Positions 20,483 to 29,455 of a DNA stretch of 39,909 nucleotides are shown here, piece by piece. This DNA comes from a virus (Duplodnaviria > Caudoviricetes), in the IMG/VR virus record IMGVR_UViG_3300023175_000096, positions 1 to 39,909 of that record. The stretch is one strand, 5' to 3'. Below the pieces are notes generated by a model. It saw only the letters and a list, made by a program, of their open reading frames with translations. It was not told the origin of the DNA and made no database searches. Each line of letters begins with the position of its first letter. The stretch's first letter is position 1. The position numbers were made by a program, and so were the translations under genes.

Positions 20483-22564
20483 ATGCCATATACTATTAAT
20501 TACACAGATGTTGCAAACAAAGGAACTATTACAGTAGAAGACGGTGTAATTAACCGTGAAACTACACTAGGTTTTCCAGGACGTAATTCAACAGCGTATG
20601 GTGCAACGATTGCAGAAAACTTTTTACATTTATTAGAAAATTTTGCATCAAATATTCCTCCTGATAATCCAGTTGAAGGACAATTATGGTATGATAATAC
20701 CTTAACTGAAGAAAAGTTAATGGTGTATAATGATACTAACTGGGTTCCTGCAAGCGGTATTACAAAATCAATTAACACTCCGGCAATCGCACAATTAGGC
20801 GACTTATGGGTAGATACAGACAACCAACAACTATATTTGTTTACAGGCGGCGGCTGGATCTTAGTAGGTCCTAGTTTTTCAGAAGGTTTAGCAACAGGTG
20901 CAAAAGCAGATCAGATTACTGGTCAAGATAATGTTTTATATAATATTTTAAGAATTGAAGTATCGGGACAAACTGTTGGCGTTATTAGCGGATCAGATAC
21001 TTCTTTTGTTCCTAAGTCAACGATTGCAGGCTTCTCTCAAATTAATCCGGGTTTTAATTTAATTAATAAAGATACTGACAATGACGGATTAAGTAATTAT
21101 AAATTTTTTGGTACTGCTGAAAAAGCAGAAAATCTAATTGTTAATAATGAAATTGTTGCTGCTGGAAATTTCTTAAGAGGTAATACTACAAGTACTACAC
21201 TATTTCCACTTAACATTCAAAACAACCAAGGTATTAACTACGGAGTAAATGCTGAACTTTCAATTGGTGTAGAAGGTAATGCAGGTGTTATACAGCATAA
21301 TATTGGCGGATCTAATATTGACATGCGTGTTAGGAACAATGATGTTGCTAAAACAGTTATACGTGTTGATTCTAGCTTACGTGTTGGCATTAATACAGAA
21401 GCTCCGGAGGAAGCACTTGATGTAGTAGGTAATATTCAGTCATCTGGAAGTGCTATTATTAATGATACTACACAAAGTACAACAATCAATAATGGTGCAT
21501 TGCAAGTTAGAGGCGGCGCAGGAATTAGACAAAATTTAAATGTTGGCGGCGAGACTAAACTATTAGGACTAATGACGTCAACAAATATAGTTCCAGATGA
21601 TAACAATATTCGCGACTTGGGTTCATCAACTAGATCTTACAGAAATACATATTCAACTAATTTTTATGGAACACTAGAAGGCACAGTTAACGGTAAAGTT
21701 AACGGACCATCTACAAAATCTGCTGCACTGATTGATAAAACAACATTTATTATGGAAGGCGATGTTAGTACTATTGTTCCTGTAGTGTTTGACGGAGCAT
21801 ATCAAGATCCACAGTTTGATAACGGCGAAGGTAACGCAGTTGGTGAAGTTCCGTTAACAAAGAAATTTAGAACTGAAATTTCAAATAACTTTATTCAAGG
21901 TAAAGAATTACAATCTGATGTTTCAGACGATGATTTAATTTTATTTGATGATGTAGAAGGTGCTTCACCTGGACTTAAAAGTGTTACTAAAGAAAATTTC
22001 TTAAAAACTATACCAAGAACACCTGCAGGTGTTATATTACCATTTGGCGGAGATGTTCCTCCAAACGATGATTGGATTTTATGTGATGGCAGAGAGCTTG
22101 ATAAAACTGATTATCAAGCATTATTCCAAGTTATTGGTTATAAATTTAAACCAGAATCGCAAGTAAGTAACAACAGTTTTGCTGTTCCTGATATGCGAGG
22201 TAGATTGCCAATGGGTGCTGATAACATGGGAGGCACAAGTGCTAATGTTGTAGAGGCCACAGCAGCAGATATTGTTGGTGCTTTAGATGGTAGCGAAACA
22301 AAACTTATTGACGTTACTAACTTACCAGAACACCAACACAACTTACAAGATACAGATAGAAACCAATTTTATGCTATTCAAGATAGACAAGATCCGTCAA
22401 CTGACAGCAATGTTACAGGAATTGACGGACCAACTGCTACTAACGGCGGCCAAAAATTATCAAATAGCGGTAATATTATTAGTTCTAACCCTGTAGGACA
22501 AGAATTTAATATTATGCCTCCAACAGTGACAATGAATTATATTATATATTCTGGAAGAGGGTAA
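20483..22564 (+). CDS. Tail fibre protein with C-terminal tail-collar domain (short-fibre-like)
   Basis: Shared N-terminal LENFA/GQLW/GDLW module. The C-terminal PAGVILPFGG..P..DWILCDG.......YQALFQVIG...F.VPDMRGRLPMG...NLPEHQH...MPP..TMNYII is a classic phage tail-collar domain with an HxH motif. Confidence 0.85.
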   Translation: MPYTINYTDVANKGTITVEDGVINRETTLGFPGRNSTAYGATIAENFLHLLENFASNIPPDNPVEGQLWYDNTLTEEKLMVYNDTNWVPASGITKSINTPAIAQLGDLWVDTDNQQLYLFTGGGWILVGPSFSEGLATGAKADQITGQDNVLYNILRIEVSGQTVGVISGSDTSFVPKSTIAGFSQINPGFNLINKDTDNDGLSNYKFFGTAEKAENLIVNNEIVAAGNFLRGNTTSTTLFPLNIQNNQGINYGVNAELSIGVEGNAGVIQHNIGGSNIDMRVRNNDVAKTVIRVDSSLRVGINTEAPEEALDVVGNIQSSGSAIINDTTQSTTINNGALQVRGGAGIRQNLNVGGETKLLGLMTSTNIVPDDNNIRDLGSSTRSYRNTYSTNFYGTLEGTVNGKVNGPSTKSAALIDKTTFIMEGDVSTIVPVVFDGAYQDPQFDNGEGNAVGEVPLTKKFRTEISNNFIQGKELQSDVSDDDLILFDDVEGASPGLKSVTKENFLKTIPRTPAGVILPFGGDVPPNDDWILCDGRELDKTDYQALFQVIGYKFKPESQVSNNSFAVPDMRGRLPMGADNMGGTSANVVEATAADIVGALDGSETKLIDVTNLPEHQHNLQDTDRNQFYAIQDRQDPSTDSNVTGIDGPTATNGGQKLSNSGNIISSNPVGQEFNIMPPTVTMNYIIYSGRG

Positions 22565-22566
22565 CA

Positions 22567-24495
22567 ATGAGTTATAAATTAAACAAAACTAACGGCGAAT
22601 TATTAGTAGATCTAGTTGACGGACAGATTGATACTACTAGCACTGATGTGTCACTAGTTGGCAGAAACTACAAAGGCTACGGCGAAGCATTTAATGAAAA
22701 CTTTATTAAAATGCTTGAAAATTTTGCTAAAACAAGCCCTCCAGGCGCACCACTAGTTGGACAGTTATGGTATGACACTGCGGAACAGCGTTTGAAAATT
22801 TATACAGGAGAGACATTTAGGTCGGCTGCAGGAGCAGTAGTCAGCCAAACACAACCTAATTTAGTAGCAGGCGATCTTTGGATTGATAGTTTAAATAATA
22901 GACTTTACTTTTTTGACGGAAGTGACATAGTATTAGTTGGCCCTCAATTTACTGCATCTCAAGGAAAGACAGGTGTAGAAGCATTTACTATATTAGATGC
23001 AAACGGACAAGACCAAACGGTGTTGTATATGTATATTAACGGTCAGCTAACGGGAATTTATTCTAGAACTGAATTTAGACCTCAAGTGAATATTGTAGGT
23101 TTTCCTGTAGATCCTGATGATAACCGAGTACCAAAACGTCAACTAATTCGCATTGGGTTTAATCCTGCAAGTGAAAGTTTTTGGTATAGAGGAACAGCTA
23201 CAAGCTCAAGAGGCTTAATTAGTGATGCAGGCGAAGAGTTTAGTGAAGCTAACTTTATGAAAACTGATAGAGATACTAGTACAACTGGTAGTCTTGCAGT
23301 TAAAAACTCAGGCGGACTAACAGTCGGAGTAAGCGATACTGTTTATGCTGCATTAAGAATTGACACAGATTACATTACTACACTAGAAACACAACGTTTA
23401 GATAGAGACTTTACTATTAGAACACGCCGAGGAAACTTATTTGACAATGCATTTTATGCAGATTCAACAAACAAACGTGTAGGGATTTATACAACAACAC
23501 CAACAGTTGATTTTGATGTTAATGGCGATGCAAGAGTTACAGGAGATCTTGAAGTTGAAGGTAATTTAATAGTTCAAGGCGAAACTACATATTTAAATGT
23601 TTCTACTTTGCGTGTAGAAGATAAAAACATTGAACTTGGAATGTTAAACGATAGTTCAATTGGCGATGACACAGTTGTTGATGGTGCAGGTTTAATTATT
23701 AGATCATCTGATAGTGATAAAACAATAACATGGGAAATAGAAACCGGAAACTGGACGTCAAGTGAAGATTGGGATTTAGAAACTGGTCATACATATAAAA
23801 TTAATAATAGAACCTTGTTATCAGCAAATAGGTTGCATGACGATGTATTATATGCAGAAGGTTTAATACAAGTAGGTAGTTTATCAAACTTAACTGTGGT
23901 AGGTGATGTTACTATTGATCAAAATCTAATTTCTAGTAATCCACTTAATATTAATAGTAATGGCACAATAACAGTTAATAATCAATTAATTCAAGGAGTT
24001 ACTACTCCAATTAGTCAGCGTGTTGCTGGAAATACTGGCGGCGTAGAAGATAGTAATAACAGCGTAGCAACAAAGGGCTATGTTGATCAAGAAATTAGTG
24101 CAGAACCTGTAGTCTTAACAATGGATACTACAGGATTTTCAAATCCTTCACCAGTATTTTCTGACAATGTAGGACCACACCAAGATATTAAAGATGCATT
24201 AGAGTATCTGTATCCTGCTTCGCAAAAAGAAAACGGAACAGACGCAAGGATATTTGCATCAAGCTATGTTTCTGCATCTGTAACAGGCATTGATATTAAT
24301 GCCGCAATAACTAAATCTACAGTTAATGTATACGTTGATCCTGATGATAGTACTACACCTGAGTTTGATAGTGTGTTAAAAGACATTTCATTTAGTCCGG
24401 TTGCAGGTAATGCAAACTTGTCTCCGGAAAGAGCAAAAATAGATTTTACAGTAGTGGGCGGAGTATGGCAGTGGCAGCGAACCACGCCAGTTTAA
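22567..24495 (+). CDS. Putative tail fibre/baseplate-attached structural protein
   Basis: Same N-terminal module (GRNYKGYGE..NENF..MLENFA...P....GQLWYD), beta-rich fibre repeats (RVGIYTTTPTVDFDVNGDARVTGDLEVEGNL; VEDKNIELG) and an ATKGYVD trimer-type motif. Confidence 0.7.
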   Translation: MSYKLNKTNGELLVDLVDGQIDTTSTDVSLVGRNYKGYGEAFNENFIKMLENFAKTSPPGAPLVGQLWYDTAEQRLKIYTGETFRSAAGAVVSQTQPNLVAGDLWIDSLNNRLYFFDGSDIVLVGPQFTASQGKTGVEAFTILDANGQDQTVLYMYINGQLTGIYSRTEFRPQVNIVGFPVDPDDNRVPKRQLIRIGFNPASESFWYRGTATSSRGLISDAGEEFSEANFMKTDRDTSTTGSLAVKNSGGLTVGVSDTVYAALRIDTDYITTLETQRLDRDFTIRTRRGNLFDNAFYADSTNKRVGIYTTTPTVDFDVNGDARVTGDLEVEGNLIVQGETTYLNVSTLRVEDKNIELGMLNDSSIGDDTVVDGAGLIIRSSDSDKTITWEIETGNWTSSEDWDLETGHTYKINNRTLLSANRLHDDVLYAEGLIQVGSLSNLTVVGDVTIDQNLISSNPLNINSNGTITVNNQLIQGVTTPISQRVAGNTGGVEDSNNSVATKGYVDQEISAEPVVLTMDTTGFSNPSPVFSDNVGPHQDIKDALEYLYPASQKENGTDARIFASSYVSASVTGIDINAAITKSTVNVYVDPDDSTTPEFDSVLKDISFSPVAGNANLSPERAKIDFTVVGGVWQWQRTTPV

Positions 24496-24502
24496 CAAAA
24501 CA

Positions 24503-24511
24503 GATAAATAC
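24503..24511 (+). promoter_or_regulatory. Putative late promoter core (gaTAAATAc)
   Basis: In the 39-bp intergenic gap, upstream of an AGGGG Shine-Dalgarno and ATG 24535. Confidence 0.65.
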
Positions 24512-24534
24512 TAAGTCGCAATAGGGGTTTATAA

Positions 24535-26118
24535 ATGGCATATACAATAGATACATATAGTAACAGTAAATCATGGAAAATTGAAGATGGTACTGTTGAT
24601 CAAACTACTGATTTAAAATTAGTAGGTAAAAACTTTGCAGGGTATGGTGAAATACAAAATGAAAATATGGTATTTTTACTTGAAAACTTTGCAGGACAAA
24701 CAGAACCGCCACGCAAACTAACAGGTCAACTTTGGTTTGATAGCGGAAACAGTAAACTAAAATTCTTTGATGGTATTAAATGGCGTACAACAGGTGGCGC
24801 AGAAGTTAGTTCTACAGTTCCAACAGGCCTTAAAGAAGGTGATTTTTGGTGGGATCAAGACAACGAACAACTTTATACATATAACGGCGGAGACTTTGTA
24901 CTTATAGGACCCCAAAGTGCAGGCTCAGGACAAACCCAAATTGTAAGCCGTTCAGTTCGCGACACTGGCGGAACAAGTAGAGGTATTATTACCGCTGTTG
25001 TTAACGATGAAGTAGTATTTACTGTTAGCTCATTTGATTTTACTATTGATAGCCAAGATGTTGATTCAAATATTCCAGGATTTGATAGAATACGTCAAGG
25101 TATTACCCTAAAAAATACATTAGATGGAAGCGGCGGCATTACTTCAGGTGATTGGAGATTAGTTGGTACTTCTACTAACTCTGAAAAACTTGGAGGAAAG
25201 TCAGCATCTGAATATGTAGTTAAAACAGATGCTAATTTTAGTCAATTAGCTCGTTTTTCAGATTTAGGTATTGCAATTGGCGATTCTAACGATTTAAAAA
25301 TTAAACAAGAAATTATTACAGGCAATGGTACACAAGTAGAAAGACCTGTTATATCTAACGAAACTGGCGGTACTATTGCATTTAAAGCAAAAAACAACTC
25401 AGGCGTTGTTGTTAACTCTTTACAAGTATTGTCAAATTCTGTTATTCCTGGATTTACTAACGGCACTGAAACACAAAATAAACCATCACCAACTAATACT
25501 ACTTTAGGTACAGAACAGTATCCATGGGAATCAATATTTGCTAAAGAATATATTGGTTTAGGAACAGCATCTAGAGGCTTAATATTAGAAGATGATGTTG
25601 ACAGTTATGTATTTGATTTTACTAACGGTTTGGAGCCACCTGCAACTTTACTAAGAAAGCCAAGCAAATCAGCTGCTCCAAATACTGTTGTTGTAAGAGA
25701 TCAAGATAGTGACATTTATGCAAACTATTTTCAAGGCATTGCAACAGAAGCATTATATGCTGACCTTGCAGAAAAATATACTACAGATGCAGACTATCCA
25801 GTAGGAACAGTTATGGCAGTAGCAACACAAGGTGAAGCAGAAACAAGATCAGCAAATAGAGGCAGTATTGCAATCGGTGTTATTTCATTAGAACCTGCCT
25901 ACTTAATGAATAAAGGACTAGAAGGCGGCCAAGCTATTGGTCTTAAAGGGCGTGTTCCTGTTCGTGTAATTGGTGCAGTTAAAAAAGGCGATGCAGTTTA
26001 TGTTGACGATAACGGTTGTGCAAGCACAGCAATTAACGGAGGATGCATGGTAGGTATTGCACTAGAAACTAGTGACGATGAAGCAGAAAAATTAATCGAG
26101 TGTGTTTTGAAAGTATAA
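24535..26118 (+). CDS. Putative tail fibre/spike with C-terminal intramolecular-chaperone-like (Peptidase G2-like) domain
   Basis: Same N-terminal module. The C-terminal ALYADLAEKY.....GTVM...GVIS..PAYLMN.....IGLKGRVPVRVIG.VKKGD resembles the autocleaving chaperone domain of trimeric fibres. Confidence 0.65.
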   Translation: MAYTIDTYSNSKSWKIEDGTVDQTTDLKLVGKNFAGYGEIQNENMVFLLENFAGQTEPPRKLTGQLWFDSGNSKLKFFDGIKWRTTGGAEVSSTVPTGLKEGDFWWDQDNEQLYTYNGGDFVLIGPQSAGSGQTQIVSRSVRDTGGTSRGIITAVVNDEVVFTVSSFDFTIDSQDVDSNIPGFDRIRQGITLKNTLDGSGGITSGDWRLVGTSTNSEKLGGKSASEYVVKTDANFSQLARFSDLGIAIGDSNDLKIKQEIITGNGTQVERPVISNETGGTIAFKAKNNSGVVVNSLQVLSNSVIPGFTNGTETQNKPSPTNTTLGTEQYPWESIFAKEYIGLGTASRGLILEDDVDSYVFDFTNGLEPPATLLRKPSKSAAPNTVVVRDQDSDIYANYFQGIATEALYADLAEKYTTDADYPVGTVMAVATQGEAETRSANRGSIAIGVISLEPAYLMNKGLEGGQAIGLKGRVPVRVIGAVKKGDAVYVDDNGCASTAINGGCMVGIALETSDDEAEKLIECVLKV

Positions 26119-26121
26119 ATA
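26114..26121 (+). promoter_or_regulatory. T4-type late promoter TATAAATA
   Basis: Exact TATAAATA overlapping the TAA stop at 26116-26118, upstream of an AGGA SD and ATG 26151. Confidence 0.7.
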
Positions 26122-26150
26122 ATAGCAGCACTTAATAGGAAGAAGATAAC

Positions 26151-27080
26151 ATGGCAAGTTTAGTCCGAGGAGCCGACGATCCAAACGGAGCGTCAAGAAT
26201 TACAGCAGCTAACTATAATGATTTGCAAAAAACTGTTGCAGATATCTTAGGTGTTGGATTCGCCAATACAGGTTACGGACAAGACCTTGTTAGTTCGGCA
26301 TTATTAGCAAATGATATTGTTAGAGCTGAACATATGAATTTAATTAGAGATGATATCAATAGAATTCAAGTTCATCAAACAGGAAGTCTTAGTTCTTTAT
26401 TAGAACTTGAACCTGGAGAAACTGTTGGTGCTAATGACATTGCAGGTGTAGTTGATAAAGGTTTTAATCAATTTGTTGCAGTTGTTAATATTTTAGAAGC
26501 TAACAAAGATGTAGTTGACGGAACTCAAGTAACACTCGAAACTGCAACTACTAGTACACGTTTTGCAGCATGGAATGGTACTGTAGTACATAGTTTTACA
26601 GCTACTTTTGATGATGCTGATCACAGACGTGCATTTTTTAATGCCGGCGGCCAAATTCAAATAAGTGCAACTCTTGAAGGCGACAATACACAAAAAGGCG
26701 CAGATTGGCAGACCATTTTAACAAATATGGGAACAATTAAATTTAGCGCAAATACAACTGAAAAGACTGGAAGTGCTGGTCTTTTACAGCCAATTGGAAA
26801 CTATGACTTAACAACTAGCTATCAAAAAATCTTTGAACGTAGAGGTCAAGCTGATTATTATGCAGAAAACAGATTCTTTATCTATGCAAAAGAAGTAAGC
26901 AACCGAGCAATACAATTTAGTATTGAGTTTGAAGATAACGATGTAGGTGATCCAAACGATGACGAACTCATTAGAGGAACACTAACTAGTATTATTAAAC
27001 AACTAAGACCTACAGGATCATTTGTATCCGTTAAATCTCCTGCATATAGTACACAATCTGATATATCAGAAGGAGATTAA
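26151..27080 (+). CDS. Putative virion structural protein (paralogue of the next gene)
   Basis: 309 aa with GYGQ, D.NR...HQ, ADHRRAFFNAGGQIQISATL, DW.T.L.NMG, IGNYDLTTSYQKIF and YAEN, all shared with 27084..28196. Confidence 0.6.
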   Translation: MASLVRGADDPNGASRITAANYNDLQKTVADILGVGFANTGYGQDLVSSALLANDIVRAEHMNLIRDDINRIQVHQTGSLSSLLELEPGETVGANDIAGVVDKGFNQFVAVVNILEANKDVVDGTQVTLETATTSTRFAAWNGTVVHSFTATFDDADHRRAFFNAGGQIQISATLEGDNTQKGADWQTILTNMGTIKFSANTTEKTGSAGLLQPIGNYDLTTSYQKIFERRGQADYYAENRFFIYAKEVSNRAIQFSIEFEDNDVGDPNDDELIRGTLTSIIKQLRPTGSFVSVKSPAYSTQSDISEGD

Positions 27081-27083
27081 TTT

Positions 27084-28196
27084 ATGGCAGTATCAGTTGG
27101 CGATATAGTTGATCATGACGATTATATTGGTCTAATAGATAGATTAACCGCTGTTATGGGAAACGGCAGTGGACAAAATGGCTATGGTCAAGTAGTTGCT
27201 TCGGCTGAAACATACAAAACTGCAATATCTGGTGGTAGTACTGTTAACATTTCACGAAACGAATGGAATGCATTAAGACTTGACATTAACAGATGTACTC
27301 AACATCAAAGTTCTTCTAATTCTGGAATCAGTACCATTGCTTCAACACATATTATTGGTGCAAACGCAACTGGAACTAGTGTTACTAGAATTACAGGAGA
27401 TACATTTTCAATTGTTTCACCTGATAACGACGAAGGTGTAAACGACTTTGAATCAGCAATTAGTTCTATAGAAACAAATGCTAATAACATAGCTAGTGGA
27501 CAATTTTCATTAACAACAGGAAGAGTTTTTGGAAATTCATCTAGAACAACACAATGGGGTGTTAACACTGTTAACCCTATGATATATACCGAAATGAGTG
27601 TAACATTTGATGGTGGCTATTCAACTACTGCTACTAATGGAACTAGTACTACTGCATCTGGTGCCGATCACAGACGTCATTTTTTTAATGCTGGTGGTGA
27701 AATACGTTTGAGTGCAACACTTAGTGGTTCTACAGCAAAGGATACAGACTGGGGAACAATGTTAGGTAACATGGACCAAGTTATTTTTGGTAAAAATGCA
27801 ACAACATTGTCGCCAAGTGGTTCAGGCAGAGCTAGAGACGGAAGCACCGATGTTGACGGAGCAGGCGGAATTGAAAGTGCGTTAGGTAATTATCAATTAA
27901 CTACGGGCTACCAACTTATATTTCAAAAAAACGGCTCTCAATCAGAATATGCAGAAAACTACGTTGCCATTTATGCTAAAAGAAATAGTTCACAAAATAC
28001 AATTACATTTTTGTTTGAATTTCACGACATTGATAGCGGTGACCAAACAGGTATTGGCCCACCTGTTGATGAACCGGTATTCCAAAACGGTGGCAGTATG
28101 GCCGCTGGAATAGACCTAAAACGACCAAATCAAACAGCTGATGTTAATGTTCCTGAGCCAGTCTTTGCAACAGTTACCGAACTTCGTCTCACATAA
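27084..28196 (+). CDS. Putative virion structural protein, Ser/Thr/Gly-rich (paralogue of the previous gene)
   Basis: 370 aa with an AGGAG SD; motifs GYGQ, ADHRRHFFNAGGEIRLSATL, DWGTMLGNM, LGNYQLTTGYQLIF and YAEN. Confidence 0.6.
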   Translation: MAVSVGDIVDHDDYIGLIDRLTAVMGNGSGQNGYGQVVASAETYKTAISGGSTVNISRNEWNALRLDINRCTQHQSSSNSGISTIASTHIIGANATGTSVTRITGDTFSIVSPDNDEGVNDFESAISSIETNANNIASGQFSLTTGRVFGNSSRTTQWGVNTVNPMIYTEMSVTFDGGYSTTATNGTSTTASGADHRRHFFNAGGEIRLSATLSGSTAKDTDWGTMLGNMDQVIFGKNATTLSPSGSGRARDGSTDVDGAGGIESALGNYQLTTGYQLIFQKNGSQSEYAENYVAIYAKRNSSQNTITFLFEFHDIDSGDQTGIGPPVDEPVFQNGGSMAAGIDLKRPNQTADVNVPEPVFATVTELRLT

Positions 28197-28199
28197 TAC

Positions 28200-28228
28200 T
28201 TGACAAATATTCCTTCTGACTATATACT
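28200..28228 (+). promoter_or_regulatory. Sigma70-type promoter TTGACA-N17-TATACT
   Basis: TTGACA 28200-28205, 17-nt spacer, TATACT 28223-28228, then a GGAGG SD at 28241-28245 and ATG 28251. Confidence 0.85.
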
Positions 28229-28250
28229 ACTAGTATAATTGGAGGAATTT

Positions 28251-28598
28251 ATGGACGAAAGATTAGAAAAAGCATTAGATTTTTCAAACTATATGGTTAC
28301 GTTGAATAATCAACGAAGAATTATTCATGAACAGTTTATAGAAAGCTGTGTACACTATCTTAACGGTGGTAAATTTTCTGTTAACAGAGATCTTATAACG
28401 TTTTGTCACACATTAATAAAGTGCGATCAAACTAGCGCAGTGATTATTGATGATAACAATACTCCAGTTAATGTAGAAGATTTACAAAAATTTTTAGATG
28501 ATATATTAGATATTTATTTTACAACTTCTTACGAATATCTTGACAAACACAACGAGATTAAGAAAAACAGAACTGTGGAAGGTCTTGTTGATTTATGA
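28251..28598 (+). CDS. Hypothetical protein, first gene of the modification operon
   Basis: ATG 28251 has a perfect GGAGG SD, so it is preferred to the TTG at 28239. 115 aa, helical-looking, no recognised catalytic motif. Confidence 0.7.
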   Translation: MDERLEKALDFSNYMVTLNNQRRIIHEQFIESCVHYLNGGKFSVNRDLITFCHTLIKCDQTSAVIIDDNNTPVNVEDLQKFLDDILDIYFTTSYEYLDKHNEIKKNRTVEGLVDL

Positions 28599-29455
28599 GC
28601 AAAGGTGTACTACTGTTTGCACAAAACAATCACTCAATTGATTACATTAAACAAGCAATATTTTGTGCAAAGAAAATTAAAAAACATCTAAATCTTCCCG
28701 TAGCTCTTGCTACGGATAATGCAGACTATCTTAAAAACACATTTCCTTATTACGAAAGATATATTGATCATGTTCTAGAGTTAAACTGGTACGAATGTAA
28801 GCAAAAGCGTACATATCGTGATGGCACTATGAGTACTAGAGATTTAGAATGGCGCAATCATGATCGTGTAACAGCGTATGATATTACGCCATTTGATGAA
28901 ACTATTGTTATGGATACCGATTTTATTATTGGTAATGATAGTTTATTAAATGCATTTGATACTGATCAAGATTTTTTAATATTTAGACACATAACAGATC
29001 TAAATATGGACAGGCCTGACGAATATAGATTTAATAAAATTAGCGACCGAAGTGTTGATATGTATTGGGCAACTGTTTTTTATTTTAAAAAAACAGAAAG
29101 TATGAGATTGTTTTTTGATCTCATAACACATATTAAAGAAAACTGGAATTTTTATAGACTTACATATCAAATTGCAAATAAAACATATCGTAATGATTTT
29201 GCATTTAGTATAGCCATACATATACTAAATGGATTTCAAAGAACAAATTGGCCAAAAGTCTTACCTGGCAGGTTATGGTTTACTAGTGATGCAGATGTGT
29301 TAGTTAAACTTGAAGATGAAAGTTATACATTTCTATTAGATAAAAAACATTGGGTAGGACACTACCATGTAGGAAAGGCAGAAAATGTAAACATTCATAT
29401 TATGAATAAATTTGCATTGGATAGATTTATTACAGAGGAGTTAGCAAATGAATAG
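28595..29455 (+). CDS. GT-A fold (nucleotide-diphospho-sugar) glycosyltransferase-like protein
   Basis: N-terminal KGVLLFA strand, Y.KQA...A..I, and AYDITPFDETIVMDTDF carrying a DxD motif, with later RNDFAFSIA. ATGA overlap with the upstream gene. Confidence 0.65.
   Translation: MSKGVLLFAQNNHSIDYIKQAIFCAKKIKKHLNLPVALATDNADYLKNTFPYYERYIDHVLELNWYECKQKRTYRDGTMSTRDLEWRNHDRVTAYDITPFDETIVMDTDFIIGNDSLLNAFDTDQDFLIFRHITDLNMDRPDEYRFNKISDRSVDMYWATVFYFKKTESMRLFFDLITHIKENWNFYRLTYQIANKTYRNDFAFSIAIHILNGFQRTNWPKVLPGRLWFTSDADVLVKLEDESYTFLLDKKHWVGHYHVGKAENVNIHIMNKFALDRFITEELANE

Noticed and set aside
20483-28196. Diversity-generating retroelement or invertible fibre-switching cassette
   Set aside because: No reverse transcriptase or recombinase, and no near-identical nucleotide repeats were seen; the paralogy is evident only at the protein level.
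1-28196. Bacterial contractile injection system or tailocin rather than a phage
   Set aside because: T4-late-type promoters, the enlarged gp6-like protein and multiple fibre paralogues fit a large lytic myovirus better; capsid genes are outside the window, so this is not proven.
28239-28250. TTG start giving a 119-aa protein
   Set aside because: This segment contains the GGAGG SD for ATG 28251 and lies only a few bases after the predicted transcription start.
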